Shown here in pieces: positions 27,330-41,829 of a stretch of DNA of 64,000 nucleotides (positions are counted from its first letter, which is position 1; each line of letters begins with the position of its first letter). Source of the stretch: Octopus sinensis (lineage: Eukaryota); the NCBI RefSeq assembly GCF_006345805.1, contig NC_043018.1, positions 29,264,001-29,328,000 on the forward strand, given 5' to 3'. The notes beneath the pieces were generated by a model. The model worked only from the letters and a program-made list of their open reading frames with translations. It was not told the origin of the DNA and made no database searches. A program made the translations under genes and the position numbers.

Positions 27330-28523
27330 AAAATCTAGCACATCAAATTCCTTCCATCTGTTTACAAGCTTTTTAATACCATCAATGTAAAATTCTTTTG
27401 GTTTCAAAGCGAAGAACTCTGAAATGTCAGATTCGACTTTCTCTTGGGTTGCGAAAGTTATGTCCCACAAATGATTCGGTAAACTACGAAACAAATGGTA
27501 GTCTGAAGGAGTAAAGTCGGAAGAATAAGTTGCATGAGGATTTTTTCCCAACCAAACCCTTCGATATTCTTTGATGTGATCTTTGCAGTGTGCGGTCGTG
27601 CATTGTCCTGATGAAACATCGCTCTTTTTCGATTCACTAAAGCGGGTCATTTTTTCTTCAAAGCTTGGTTAAAACGCTATAAATGCTGACAGTTCTTGAG
27701 CATTGATTGTTACATTAGGTAGTAACAATTCAAAGTGAATTACTCCTTTGCAATCCCACCAGATAGGGAGAAGAATCTTTTTCCCATGAACTTCCCTTCT
27801 CGTTTATGGTTCAGCTTTTTCCCTTTTACCAAGCCACTGTTTGTGACGTTTAACATTTCGATAGAAGATCCATTTTTCGTTACCAGTCACAAGCCTATGC
27901 CAAAAGGGTGAAATGAGTTCGCGAGAATGGAGAAAAATGCAGATGTTAACTCGTGATTTGCGGTTGCTTTCGGACAATTCATGAGACACCTATTTTCCAA
28001 TTTTAGGAATATTTCCAAGTTATTGAAGAGGACGATGAACAGTTGTATGGTTTGAACTAAGCTGTATTGCCAATTCTTGAGCTGATAATGCAGGATTTCC
28101 TTCTAGTAATGCCTCAAAGAGCTCATCACCAAACTCAACTGGACGTCTTGTTTGATCTTCATCTTCAAAGCTGAATTCTCCACTTCTGAATTTTACAAAC
28201 CATCTTCTGTAAGTTCTTTCATTCAAACAGTCTTTCCCATAAACTGAGTGTATGTTTCGAGTCGCTTCAGCTGCAGAGTTTCCTTTCTTGTACTCATAAA
28301 GCATTATGTGCCTCAAATGCTCTTTGGATACGTCCATGTCAGAAAGGATTTTAATCAAAGTAATTTTAATTCTATTATTTTGTAAAATAATAATTAATTA
28401 CTTTAAATGTACATAAATACACAAAAACAATTTTCAATTCCATTAGACATTCTAAAATACTATTAAATTTCATTCAATTTAAAAAATGGGAAAATCGGAC
28501 AGAACTTATGGTATGATCTGATA
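27330..28523 (-). mobile_element. Decayed mariner (Mos1/Hsmar1-like), near full length, 3' TIR not found
   Basis: MDVSKEHLRHIMLYEYKKG; VSHELSE; LVTGNEKWIFY; YSSDFTPSDYHLFRSL. 5' TIR-like TATCAGATCATACCATAAGTTCTGTCCG at about 28496-28523. Confidence 0.9.
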
Positions 28524-28604
28524 TTTAAAATAGGTTTTAAATAAGGACAGAAGAGGAGGGTCTTTCGATTGAGCTCAACAGACGACATATGAATAAGTAT
28601 ATGT

Positions 28605-28828
28605 TTTTTATTACCCACAATGGGCTAAACATAGAGGGGACAAACAGGGACAGACATTAAGTCCATTACATCAACCCCAGTGCTTAACTGGTACATAATT
28701 TATCGACCCCGAAAGGATGAAAGGCAAAGTCGATCTCGGCGGAATTTGAACTCAGAACGTAGCGGCAGACGAAATACGGCTACGCATTTCGCCCGGCATG
28801 CTAACGGTTCTGCCAGCTCGCCGCCTTA
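28605..28828 (-). mobile_element. SINE family B monomer
   Basis: Reverse complement of the 8871 element. Confidence 0.9.
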
Positions 28829-29636
28829 CATATAAATAAGTATATTCTCTACTAACAGATGCCACGTTACATACTCTAGGACATATTCTCTTCATTTGTG
28901 ACGAATAAGCAACGTGAATCACATGAATTAGTTTATTTGTTGCTGTACGATGGTGATGGAAGAGGTGGAGCTGGGAAGTACAAGAAATAATAAAACTACA
29001 AATGGATCATTTGAAATTTACTAACAGAACTAGAATATTTTTTATTTGTAATTCTGAAACCAATGATTCGAAAGATAAAACAAAATACTGCTTCATATTA
29101 TATTTGCCGTGATAAACATAGACGTTATTAAAAACACCATTTTTGTTTTCGGTATTTTTCTATTTTCCCTTTGGTAATTATTATGTAATATTGAATAAAT
29201 ATATTAATTGAAGAAATTACATCAAACACCAGAAACTTTTAATGTTAGAACGCCAATATTAGTTGTATGTAAGAGAAATATTAAAACATTGGAAATGAGA
29301 AAATAATTGTAACTGGACTTTGATATTTAATGTAGCATGGCTGTGTGGTTGGAAGTTTGTTTGGCTAAGCCGTGGTTTCGAGTTCGATCTCACTGTGAGT
29401 TGCTTTGTGTATTTTCATTTAAGGTTATCTCACGTTTATCAATGTCTCTTTAGAGAAATTTGGTAGATAGAAACTTCGTGGAAGCTCTACGGGAGAATTC
29501 GTTCATGTTGATAACTGGCGTGTATCTGTGAAGACTCTTGTTCTCGTCTTTAGTGTGTTGTACTCACAAGAATACGGTTTCGATTCCCGGAGCGAGTGGT
29601 GCGTTGAATATTTTTAGTAAACTATTACATTTCACG

Positions 29637-29930
29637 TAGAGGCACATGGCCTAGTGCTTAGAGCAGCGAACTCGCGGTCGAGGGATTGCAGGTTCGAATC
29701 TCAGACCGGACGATGTGTGTGTTTATGAGCGAAACACCTAAGCTCCATGGGGCTACGGCAGAAGGTAATGGAGAACTTCTGCTGACTTTTTCGCCACAAC
29801 TGTCTCTCACTCTTGTAGTTCACCTGCGACGGACCGGCGTCCCGTCTAGGTGGGGAACCTATACGCCAAGGAAACCGGGAAACCGACCCTATGAGCCAGG
29901 CGTGGCTCGAGAAGGAACAAACAAAACAAA
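29637..29930 (+). mobile_element. tRNA-derived SINE family A
   Basis: GGCACATGGCCTAGTG..GGTTCGAATCTCAGACCGG..GAAGGAACAAAC. Confidence 0.9.
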
Positions 29931-30673
29931 ATACATTTCATAAAGGAGTAACCTTCCAATAGAATGGAGCCCCTTTCGGCGGATGTGTTGTGATCACGGT
30001 CACTTATACATCACAGATGGCGGGTAACCGGCCCTATGAGACTGAAGACACGAGAGATTATTGCCCAGGGGTATTATTTAATCCGGTAGAGTCCATATTC
30101 TAAGTTGGTTTATCAGCAGTTCTCTAAACTAATGATAAATTTCTATCTTTCTGCTATTAGTCATGAAGTCTCCGAAATAGCAGAACCGTTGTTTAAGACA
30201 TTGAAATTAAATGGGATGATCTCACATAAGTACCCCGCTCCCTATAAAGAAACTGAGCCTAGTCATTAATAACAAAAGTAACAACATGAATAAGTCTGGT
30301 GGCTATAGCAACACCAGTCTGCACCTGTCAGCTTCCTCTTTTCTGCTTCTTCCCAACACATCTGAACATCGACTTTTCAATCCCTCGCTTTTTCCAATGG
30401 CCTTACGAAGAGATTATATCCCTGAAATATAGAAACACAAGTTAAATTTGCTACTTCGTTTTTGTCTTCGTTTCCTTTTTTAGTTTACTCACAACCGTCT
30501 CGCATTCTACCGGCCTAACACAGCAAACCTCTTTTTAAGTAATAATACCACACCGATTCACGAAAACTGCTCCGTTTTAATTCCTAATTACAAATATGGA
30601 TACTTCATTCTTTATAGCTGGAATTCTTTCTAAATATTTACTCCGTGTATGATAGATAACCTTGTTATTTTAT

Positions 30674-31211
30674 ACGAGCAAAACGCCCTCTACCCCCGTC
30701 CAATGGACGGTGCTGAATCATATCTGCTGAATAAAAAGCAATCAGTGTTTTCTTTTCATTAAAAAATAATTAAGTATGCCTTTATTTCAATAAAATTTTT
30801 CGTTAAAAAAAACAAACAAACTTCTTGAGAAACCAAATAGTCTTTCCTTCCTTCATGCCAAGTTTGAAGAAAATATCTCTTTTGAATCTTATTATTTTTT
30901 TTTGGTCTCATAAAAATACTGCATTTTGTGGCATTATTTCAAGCCAGCCGGCTTTTTTTCTGTGCAAACTGCGCGTGCACTTTTCTCGCGTAAGCGTAGT
31001 ATCGATCGCAACAGCTGATGTACTTACGCGTTCTCATGGCTTTATCGATCGCATTCTCACCTGGAATCGATTTTTGTAATTTTGTCAAGACTTATACACG
31101 CCCTGATACCGTCGGTATATACATATCAAACTTGAGCGCAATCGGATGGAGGATGCCCGAGATCCTAGAAGACACGCATACAGACAGACAGGACGGATTT
31201 TATATAATAGA
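30674..31211 (-). mobile_element. Non-autonomous Helitron-like element
   Basis: On minus: 5' TCTATTATATA..CCGTCCTGTCTGTCTG microsatellite; 3' hairpin CCGTCCA-T-TGGACGG followed by ...TTTGCTCGT. Homologous to 43247-43590. Confidence 0.65.
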
Positions 31212-31835
31212 TAGACCACATACACTGGAAGAAAGAACCAGTACCAACACAGGGCGACAGGTTTATATGAGATTTAGTAACATGATTTCATGCTGTAGAC
31301 ACAAATATATGCTACCGTTTGTAAGTTCTCCAGTTCGGATCCAGGACGAGTACCTAATATAATAAAAACAATTATAATGATTATAATAACAATAGTTAGT
31401 ATTACATTCACTAGAATAATAAGCTACTGGCTTAAAATGGTGAATATTTAAAAGTGCCATTAAAATTTCAATTAGGAAATGCTATTGCTCTGATAAAGTG
31501 AGACTAAAGTATGGCAATATCTATTGGGAGTAGAAAGCATCGGCAATCATGTATCAATGGTTAATTAATATTCATGAAGCGATCTAAGTCGGTAGTTAAA
31601 GTCATTACAATTGAAATGAAAGCAATTAGTTTATAAAGTTGTCTTGCTATCAACAGAGCTCTCCATTCAATCAGCAAAGTCGTGCTGCTTTGGTTATAGA
31701 AATTTGTATCGTGTGACGGCGATGATTCTGATGCCAGATCGTTAGTTCATTGTGAAGAGAACTATACACACCATTGAACAGAAACCCACACAGATATGAT
31801 TATAGAAACATGGATGCATATGTATGTATATAGAC

Positions 31836-31879
<44 letters not shown>

Positions 31880-31909
31880 CGTTTTATATGTCTATATGCT
31901 TTTCATTTT

Positions 31910-32272
31910 ACTTCCTTCGGTCATCAGGCGGCGGCCAGGCAGGTGTACTGTCTTGAAGTGTTTATTCGAACAAATTGACACCTAACTATTCACTTTTTTT
32001 ACACAAGATCTTATACGATCGGTCTTGTTCCCACAGGAATCGATAAATTACATGGTCTAAACAAACGAACACCGGTTGTCAAGGTTGTCAAGTGGGACAA
32101 ATACGAACACAAGTACGGGCTTCTATCGGTTTCAATCTATCGATTCCTCAAAATGGTTTTGGTCTTACCGGGAGTAAGATGAGAAAATTTGCTCAATTTA
32201 CCTGGAAGTGTCACAGAAGCCTGAACCATTATGATTATGAGGCAAGCTGTTATCACACGGTCATGCCTGCAC
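31910..32272 (-). mobile_element. Decayed SINE family C
   Basis: Partial match along its length to 60012-60397. Confidence 0.6.
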
Positions 32273-32479
32273 AAACTCTTACCACATTGTTTATATTCCA
32301 GTAAAGCGAACACGGGGTTGCCCTTCAGAAAAATTTCGCTATCGATAAATTAAGTAACATTGAAACGCTGGGGTCGATGTCATTGACTTGTCCCCTCCCA
32401 CAAAAAATTTCAGGCCTTGTTCCTTTAGTAGAAAGGATATGTGCATATACAGACATGATAAAAGGTACTTGCCCAAGGT

Positions 32480-32782
32480 ACCATGCAGTGGTTAGGGCAG
32501 CGGAGTCGCGGTCGTAGGTTTCAATTCCCAGACTGAGCGAATACACATGAAACTCCACGATGCTCTGGCAGGGCGTGGTGATGAACCTTGCTGTACTCTT
32601 TCACCACAGCATTCTCTCACTGTTTCTGTTGTACCTGTATTTCAAAGGGGCTAGCTTTGTCACACTCCGTGTCACACTAAATCTCCCTAAGAACGACGTT
32701 CAGGAGAAGCGTGTCTGTGGAGTGCTCAGCCACTTGCACGTAAATTTCACGAGCAGGATGTTCCGACGGAGCGCCATGAAAC

Positions 32783-32785
<3 letters not shown>
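32480..32785 (+). mobile_element. tRNA-derived SINE (family A-like head, different tail)
   Basis: AGTGGTTAGGGCAGCGGAGTCGCGGTC..GGTTTCAATTCCCAGAC. The tail matches the reverse complement of 25020-25190. Confidence 0.7.
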
Positions 32786-32820
<35 letters not shown>

Positions 32821-33624
32821 TGAGTGTTTGTGTGTGTGTGGTGTGTGTGTGTGTGTGTTTGTGTGTGTGTGTCTATATACGTACATACCCACCCATATAA
32901 CACGTATGTCTTAAAATTAATTTAGGCAAATAGTTGAAAGGTTACACTAAATTTGATGGTGGGATATTGGCTAACTGCAATTCATGTTTATTCAGCCAGA
33001 ACTCGGCTTTTATTGGAAAGGACGATTAAATTATTACCATTATTTTCTCTCTGTGCTGTTGTTATACGCCAATCTGTGTAGTACAAAATATTTACCAAGA
33101 CACACACGGCCATGTGTACATCTTTACACACACACATACATACACACACATACACAGACCAACAAACACATATGAATACATATTCATATATGTCTAGTAC
33201 AATTATTATACATATGTATATACAGATGAAGACATGCATCTCTCTATATAAATATATATGTATATACATATATACACATCCGTATATATATGAATATATA
33301 TATATATGTATGTATGTATATGTGGGTGAGTGTGGGTGTATGTACATGTGTGTGCATGCGTGTGTGTGTGTATGTGTGTGCGTATGTGTGTGTGTGTGTC
33401 TACATACGAAATGAAACGTTGAATTTATAGTGATTCTGACACTAATTTTTTATCTCGGCTGCCGGCTAATATTTCTTAATCATCATTTTCTATACCAGTA
33501 GTCTGTAAATCGGATACGCTTACTGATGACGATTAAAAACTCAGAAAAATGTAGGTAGCAAGTCCATCACTCCTGTTAGATATCTCATGTGTTACTGATT
33601 TATATCTTTGTTCCCTTAACACTA

Positions 33625-34480
33625 TATGAGGGGCTACTCAAAAGAAACCGGAATTTTGCAATATTATTTTATTCATTTGGTCTTAAACGTTTACAATTTT
33701 ATCGCCTTCAAATCATTCTCCCTTTGAAACAATGTATCGGTCCAGGCGCGTTTTCCACGGGTCGAAGCAGTGCTGGAACTCTTGTGAAGTGATGCCGTTT
33801 AACGCCTCCGTTGTTTTGCTCTTCACTTCTTTCACATCTTCAAATTTCGTAGCACCAGCTTTCGTCACTAGTGATGACCTTTGAAAAGTCATTTCAATTG
33901 ACGGCACGCATTTAGTTGTGACTGCCTTTAATATTCCGCGAGCTAGCGTGGCACAAATTTTGCTGGAACTCTTCTCATTCGCAATTCCTCGTTCAAAACT
34001 CGTTGGGTGGACCTCCAGGACACACCATTCAAATCAACAAATTTGTCAATTGTTCGGTGATAGTCTTCCAAGATCAGTTCATGAATTTCCATGAGGTTTT
34101 TATTCGTTCAGGACGCCGGAGGCCTTCCTGAAAGACGTTGGTCCTCAAGCAACAAGTGACCATTCCTAAAGCGTTGAAACCACTTGTAAACTTTGTGCTT
34201 GTTCATGGGCAGCGGCCTTGTAAGCTGTATGAAGCATGATAACTGTTTCGGCCGCTGTTTATCCCAGCAAAAACATAATTTCACCGAAGCATGTTTCAAC
34301 CTTCGTTTCAACCTTCGCAAAAAAATTGACGAAGAGGAGGGAAGCATTGCAAAACAAAAACGCACCACATAACAAATTGACCTTAACGGACAATGCCGGT
34401 TGGCATACTGCAGAAGTCTGAATTATAACAGGGCTGTCCCACAGAGAACGTTTCTTGTCACTTTTCGGTCTCCACTCGTA
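33625..34480 (-). mobile_element. Decayed, internally deleted mariner
   Basis: KVYKWFQRFRNGHLLLEDQRLSGRP and KFEDVKEVKSKTTEALNGITSQEFQHCFDPWKTRLDRYIVSKGE. Imperfect TA(T/C)GAG-GG...AAAAG termini. Confidence 0.85.
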
Positions 34481-34759
34481 TGTATATACGAAATAATTTT
34501 GCGAAACGAATTCCACAATTTACAAGTTCCAACAGTACGAAGATGAGTCAGAAAGTAATATAATGGTTATTGGATTATTTTTTAATCCTCTTGCATATAC
34601 GAGAGAGAGAAAGAGAGAGTCAGACAGACAGACAAAGACAGTGAGAGAGAGAGTGGGTAAAAGAGAGAGAGAGAGAGAGAAAGGGAGAGGGACAGTCAAA
34701 TTATAAAGCAAATAAATATCTTATCATATTCTCGCAGACCAGAATATATATCTTTTCTT

Positions 34760-34981
34760 TTTTGCTTACTACAGTCAATTAAAAGCGGCTATGGTGGGGC
34801 GCCGCCTTCCAGAATTGTTAGTAGACCTCACTGCATTTTTAAAGCGTTATACATATACTATCATTTTCTTATGCTGAAATGCTAAGTTACAGGAACATAA
34901 GCAGAACAAAACCAGTGATCAAGCGGTAATGAGGGACAACAAATCGACACGGTGACACACATATATATATAAATGTATATA

Positions 34982-35027
<46 letters not shown>

Positions 35028-35215
35028 TTATACATATATATATATATATGTATATATATATACGACCGTTTCTTACAGTTTTCGTCTACAAAATTCATTC
35101 GCAAGGCTTTGGACGGTCAGGGGCTATAGTGGAAGAGAGCAGTCCAATGTGCCATGCAGTGGGACTAAACCCGAAATGATGTGATTGGGAAAGAAGTTTC
35201 TTATCATACAGCCAA
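34760..35215 (-). mobile_element. SINE family C, decayed
   Basis: Head at about 35060-35215 (GCAGTGGGACTAAACCCG on plus); tail at about 34760-34930. Confidence 0.7.
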
Positions 35216-35420
35216 ACATACATGTATATATATAGATATATATATATGTGTGTGTGTGTGTGTATGTATGTATATAATACATATATGTGAATGTGTGTGT
35301 ATATATGTGAGAGAGTTAAATAAAATGAGACATCAAAACCAGGGTGGATAACATGGTGGTCCAGGCCAGTTTAAGCTACCCTACTACTCAAATGTAAACT
35401 TTTTTGAACTTATAATATTC

Positions 35421-35466
<46 letters not shown>

Positions 35467-35862
35467 TAAAATACCAATACTCCACTGAACTTTTTAATAA
35501 TTCCTTCTGGAAACTATCTTTAACATCTTCCTGAGAATGTATATGTATGTTGTAATCTTTTGTGCCCAATATTTTAATGGACTTGTTAAACATTTTTATA
35601 TTTTCCCAAGATTTTCCCTTGTAAGCTGTTCTTAACATGTTCTTATTATCAAGGAATGTATTTGTATACTGTAATATTTTATCACAACCAGTACCTGGCA
35701 CAACCAAGCTTTTGTGCCCAATATTTTGATGAACTTTTTTTTTATTTTCCTAAGATTTTCCCCTGTAAAGTGTTCTTAACATGTTCTTGTTACCAAAGAA
35801 TGTATATATGTATTGTAGTATTTTGTGACAATCAGTAATTAACACAAACAAACTTTTACATG

Positions 35863-35907
35863 TTACTTTTGACAATCTTTTTCTAAAAAGTGAAACCGGT
35901 AAAGTAA
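35863..35907 (+). ncRNA. Minimal type I hammerhead, U3:A8 core covariant
   Basis: TTACTT-TTGACAA-T-CTTTT-TCTA-AAAAG-T-GAAA-CCGG-TA-AAGTAA. 6-bp stem I, palindromic stem III, GUA site. The stem II closing pair is mismatched. Confidence 0.65.
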
Positions 35908-35949
35908 ATAAACATCTTTTAAAATTGCATTTTCAAACTTTGTTTCATA

Positions 35950-35988
<39 letters not shown>

Positions 35989-36668
35989 GTATGTATGTAT
36001 GTATGTACGTTTGTATATAGATGTATATATATAAATATATATGTATATATATATATATAATGTATGTGAAATAAGGTATACCTTATATTGTTTCCTGTAC
36101 ACGTTTTACCAATGTGCTTAATGAATCCATTGCAGTTCTCCATGGATGCATTGTATTCTAAGCCACCAAAAACGATTGTGGTGCTGGAGTAACGATAGTG
36201 GTGGTTCTCTAATCTTATCTGTGGGAGTCATACATTTAGCTGTATACACAACAAATTCTATATGTGTGAGTATGTGTGTTTGTATCTTTTGCGTTTGTGT
36301 ACATGTGTGTATGTGCTTCCATATATTTCGTTGATAAGGATAACCACAAGAAGAAGGAAACATTTCAAAGAAGAAACAAAAACACATTGAATATTCATAG
36401 ACTTAATGTAGAAACCAAGACAGGCTTTGCCAAAAAACATGATTCCAGACCATAAATCTTTGACAAAATTTATTGCTAAATTTCTTCGTTTCCTAATTAT
36501 TTTGTTTCCAATCTTTATAACTCCTGAAGTAAAACTCCGTATCAAAATTATGCATCTGGTGATATGGTGTCCAGACATAGCATGGACATGTAAATGTACC
36601 GTTGTTATCTCCAGGTTGTTAATACCTATAGTTAATTTAATTCACCATATGTAATTAGAAAATAGCTC

Positions 36669-36701
<33 letters not shown>

Positions 36702-36795
36702 CATACATATATACATATATACATACATACAAATAAACAGATATCTATATACATACATATATATATAATAAAAATAAATTAGAAAAAAAGCCATC

Positions 36796-36830
<35 letters not shown>

Positions 36831-36832
36831 CA

Positions 36833-36870
<38 letters not shown>

Positions 36871-37506
36871 CATTATATATATATATTTAATATATATATA
36901 TATAATATATATATATATATCTACATATATTCATACATACAGATAAATGTATATATAAATATGTATGTGGCACATAAAAGGTATGTGTATATATGTTTTA
37001 TTATATAGATACATATATATGTATATATATTGTATGTATGTATGTATATATGTGTGTGTGTGTGTGGTGGAGTGTGTGTGGTATATATACATATATCTAT
37101 ATATATATATATATATATATCTATATATATAAATATAACACCATTAAATGTGTTTGTTTTCTTGATAATTTTTGTCTCCATATCTGTCGTTAATGTATTA
37201 TTTTGTTGTCATGGAAACTTGTAATTTCCGATTATTCTTATGCGCGCCCGGCAGGTATTGGAAGAGGATTAGTTCAATAACATACACGGAGTTACCAATA
37301 TGAACGGCACTTGTTTACATTGAACACTGATCGAACATCAATATGATTTATTATATATGTGTGTGCCTGTATGAATGTGAGTGTCAATCGTTCCTCTGTG
37401 TGTGTGTGTATGTGTGTGTGTGTGTGTGTGTCAACACACATGTAAATAAATACAGATTGTCAAAATGCTATGAAATTTTACTGACTTGATCGCATGTTTA
37501 TTTTTA

Positions 37507-37606
37507 NNNNNNNNNNNNNNNNNNNNNNNNNNNNNNNNNNNNNNNNNNNNNNNNNNNNNNNNNNNNNNNNNNNNNNNNNNNNNNNNNNNNNNNNNNNNNN
37601 NNNNNN
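37507..37606. other. Assembly gap (100 N)
   Basis: Run of N. Confidence 1.
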
Positions 37607-38068
37607 TCTCTTATTCTCTCTCTGGTTGGTCACACGTGACCATCGTCCATCTTTCCTTTCCTCACGTGACTATCTTTCCTTTCCACAACAACGTCCCAAA
37701 GACTGGACATCTATCTCTCTCTTCTATGTTTTCTATTTTCAAAGAAAATATTTCTCTCAGCGTTCGCTATACATCCCTCGTCCTGGCCTACCGACCCTCC
37801 ATGATTGTTTTACTTCGGTTTCTTTGTATATCCCCACTGTCCTGTTTTTATTCCCAACTTTGATCCTCCATAAATCCAATATTCTATTGTAGTGTTTATG
37901 GGAGCAACTGTCTTTGAAGACTGCTATTGAGGAGTAGACAGATCGCCGACAACAAATGAGGGGTGGTTCTTTATGTTACTTTTCCTGGTTTCCATGTTTT
38001 TCTCTCGTTGTTTACATTTTTAACTCATTTGCTTTCGTATCTCATGTTGTTTACTATTGGTGACGTCC

Positions 38069-38106
<38 letters not shown>

Positions 38107-38253
38107 GTATGTATATATATATATATGTATGTATGTATATACATATGTGTCTGTACATGTATATATGTATATATATTTATGTATATACATATGTGTGTGT
38201 ACATGTATATATATATGTATATATATATATGTGTATATATATGTATATATATA

Positions 38254-38285
<32 letters not shown>

Positions 38286-38812
38286 CGCACACACGCACAT
38301 ACTAGCAAACACAGATATATATATATATATTTACTTGTATATACAGAAAATTCTACATGCTTCCCGTTCTTGTAGCGAAATAATTATTTTATATTGTAAG
38401 ATAAAATTCAAATGTACTTAAATGAACGCAGTATGCGCGAGACAAAGAACGAGAGGAGGAAAGTGTGAGAATAAGGAAATTACATAACCAAAGATACAAT
38501 GACGCCATAAATTTTCCTATGTCGAAATATTTTCTTCTTTGTATTTTGTTCGTGTTTTATTCTCTCGTTTTTCTCTTCTTTCTACACTCTCTCTTTCTTT
38601 GTATCTACGAGTTGTATTACAAAAATTCGAGACATTTTTAGCTGAGACCGTTATTACAGCGCTAGGTTTGTGTAATTTCAGTACACAATTACTATACATC
38701 TAATAAGCTGACGTGCCCGCTTTTTTTAATTGCAGGTTCTAGGATATGGCTGTAACAATCCTTTGAATACACCCTAATAAACACTGCTCCACACAACTGA
38801 CTAGTTTGCAGA

Positions 38813-38965
38813 ATGCAATTGGGACTTAAAGAAAATTTGAAAGCTACCCATGTAATAAAGTTTTGTATTAAACTGAAGAATAACAGAATAGAAACCGATG
38901 GATTGATTCAGATTCTTAGCAATTAACTTGTTTGAGTCGAACATCTGTTTTCCCAAGCACAAAGG
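38813..38965 (+). mobile_element. Very decayed mariner transposase N-terminal remnant
   Basis: Translates to ...HVIKFCIKLKNNRIETDGLIQ and, after a frameshift, CLSRTSVF, resembling the mariner HTH region. Confidence 0.45.
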
Positions 38966-39039
38966 GTATGTTTCCATAGAGTGGCACATGAACTTGACAG
39001 AAATAAGGGTTAATATACATTTATTTATTTATCTTATAT

Positions 39040-39349
39040 ATGTTTCAGTCATTTGACTACGGCCATACTGGAGCAGCTCCTTCAAGGATTTTAGTCGAAC
39101 AAATCGCCCCTAAGACTTACATTTTTAAAGACAAATTCTCTAAAAATTCTATCGGTCCCTTTTACCGAACCGTTATGTAACGCGGACATAAACACACACG
39201 CACATACATATATACATGCATTCATACATATATACATTCAAACATACATACATAGACACATACATATATACATACAATCACACACACACACACACACATA
39301 TGTAGATATATATCCTTGTTTGTTTTAAATCGATGCTAGCCACCGTGAT

Positions 39350-39398
<49 letters not shown>

Positions 39399-39533
39399 AG
39401 ATTCACTCACAAGGCTTTGGTCGGGCCGAGGTTATGGTAAAACACATTTGCCCAAGGTGCCACACAGTGGGACTGAACCCAGAATCATGTGGTTGGGAAG
39501 CAAGCTACTTATCACACAGCCGCGCCAGCGCCT
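39040..39533 (-). mobile_element. SINE family C
   Basis: Head at 39397-39533 (CCCAAGGTGCCACACAGTGGGACTGAACCC on plus); tail at 39040-39190. Confidence 0.85.
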
Positions 39534-40321
39534 AAATCTATTTATTTGTTATATTCTTATTTATCATAGTATTACAGGTTTTTCAGAATAGCTTTTATGT
39601 GCGTTTATGGGTGAATCTTATCAATGGATCGATTGATCGACTGAAAATATAGGGACACAATAGACCGAAGCTATATACCTCAGCGCCAAAACAAATTTAT
39701 AGCAAATGACTAGAAGACAAATGAAAGGAAGGCCTATGGTCAACGTGGTATTTTTTATATAGTAGCTGCTTATCTACATGTGCTCATCAAACTTATCTGA
39801 GGTTCTATTTAAATCTGAAAACATTTTGTTGGCCTGATGTATTTGTGTTTGCAGAGAGATTTCAAACAATTTTGCCCGGATTGTTGTTAATCTCTGATTT
39901 ATAATTATATACACATTATATATATATATAGTACAAATTAAGATAGGGGTTGTGGGTGTAACCCACTATGGGATATCATTTACCCAATATACTGTTGGTA
40001 AAGTACCCAAATTCTTAATACATAAATGCTTTTAATTGCAATGTAATTAATTCATTTATTGTATTAAAATGGTGAAGGTAAAGAAATGAAAATTAGATTC
40101 ACTTTTGACCATAAGCTGAAACAGCTGTAATGAAGTAATTTCTGGATTTCAATAATTTATAATATGACTTTTAAAATCTGTATTTGTATTATTATCTTAT
40201 CGATTTATATAATATTTTGTATGCTTTTGATGTTCTCATTTGTAAAATGAATAAATAATCTAACATTATAACATCCATAAGTTCATGAACAAACTAAATT
40301 TGTTTCTCCAGTTTCTTATTT

Positions 40322-40389
<68 letters not shown>

Positions 40390-40464
40390 TATATATATAT
40401 ATGCATACATACATATATATGTATGTATGTATTTATATGGATAATTTCCGTATGATTATAAAGT

Positions 40465-40500
<36 letters not shown>

Positions 40501-41063
40501 GGGAGTTGGAAACGAACAAATAATGAATCCTAGGTGTTAGGAATTTATTTGTATTTTAGAAAATTTCGCATGATTTAATCAGACATTTATAACTGTTACG
40601 ATGTATCCTGCGCATTGACGATAATATTATGCGCACATCGAAACAGCTATAAAGGTCTGAATATATCATGTAAAATTACGTAACAACTCATGTAAATATT
40701 CCATACGTTTATGATTGTCCGTTCTTCACTGTTTATTGATATTCGTTCAAAGCTCTTCTATCCAAATTCACCTGCTTTTATTTGTGTGTTTACCATACCT
40801 GAAAAAACTGGATTTTTCAGAATTTGAATATCCTGGCATTAATCACAGTGACTATTTATTTCAGAGTAAGCATCTTTATGTCCAATGTATAGACACACGC
40901 AAACCCATATATCATGGATTTTCCAAAGTGTTTGTTTCCAAAACTTTTCGGCATTTACTGAAGTTTTCTAACCAGGGCTATTCACCATGGGCCACAGACA
41001 CTAAATTAAACAAATATTAAATTTACTTAAATAATTCAATCAAATACAGTTACCTAAATATTA

Positions 41064-41256
41064 AGGGAAAGTTTACGAAAATAAACAAAAGACGAAGGCA
41101 GGTGGAGTACAAACAAACAAATGTATAGCGCTTAGGAATAGAAAAAGTCTTTTACGTTTCGAACCTACGCTCTTCGAGAGAAAGATACACAGAAAAAAAA
41201 CAGGGAGAGAAACAAGGAGAGAAAAACATGCGTGTAGGAGCTAACGATCTATCATG
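41064..41256 (-). repeat. About 190-bp dispersed repeat with a hammerhead-like motif (copy 1)
   Basis: Colinear with 50591-50776 (AAAGACGAAG..AGAAAAAGTCTTTTACGTTTCGA..AACGATCTATCAT). Confidence 0.85.
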
Positions 41257-41544
41257 GCGTCCTTAAGGGATAGAAGTGTTTCCGGATTATCAATGTCCAG
41301 AAACTCGGTGTTGTATTCTGCGTATGTCTGTGAGTGTATATGTGTGTGCGTGTGTTTTACTGACGTCACATCTATAGGAGCTGTGATTGGTTACACATGG
41401 GCTGCCTTCATCCTTTTGTATCCAAAAGTTTTTTCAGTCAAATATCCAATGCTTACATGCCATTAATTATAGATTTATAAGCTTCAAGGTCGAGCCACCA
41501 TTCCAAACCAGAATTATATATATAAATATGTATGTACATATAAG

Positions 41545-41597
<53 letters not shown>

Positions 41598-41778
41598 GTA
41601 TATATATGTCGGTATATGTGTACATTTGTGGGTGCGTTTGCATGCATATAAGTATAAGTATATGTATGTATACATTCATATACATACTTCACTGTTTGTT
41701 AATGAGTACCAAACATATTGCATAGAATATATCATGAAAACCAAGCCAAGAGAGGAAGAATACAGTTATACACACACA

Positions 41779-41829
<51 letters not shown>

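Noticed and set aside
33517-33560. CTGATGA..GAAAAATGTA hammerhead-like string
   Set aside because: Stems I, II and III all have mismatches; a decayed relic at best.
36258-36654. Overlapping ORFs on both strands in non-microsatellite DNA
   Set aside because: No recognisable motifs; lengths are compatible with chance.
37907-37953. TGTC-TTTGAAGA-CTGCT..AGTAG-ACAGATCG-CC-GACA
   Set aside because: Stems are plausible, but the GAAA and UH positions are lost; not called as a ribozyme.
38870-38900. CTGAAGA...GAAACCGA
   Set aside because: No stems; it lies within a mariner remnant, so it is coincidental.
40098-40135. GAAA-CAGCTG-TA-ATGAA, the 3' half of a hammerhead
   Set aside because: No CUGANGA or UUGANAA core in register.
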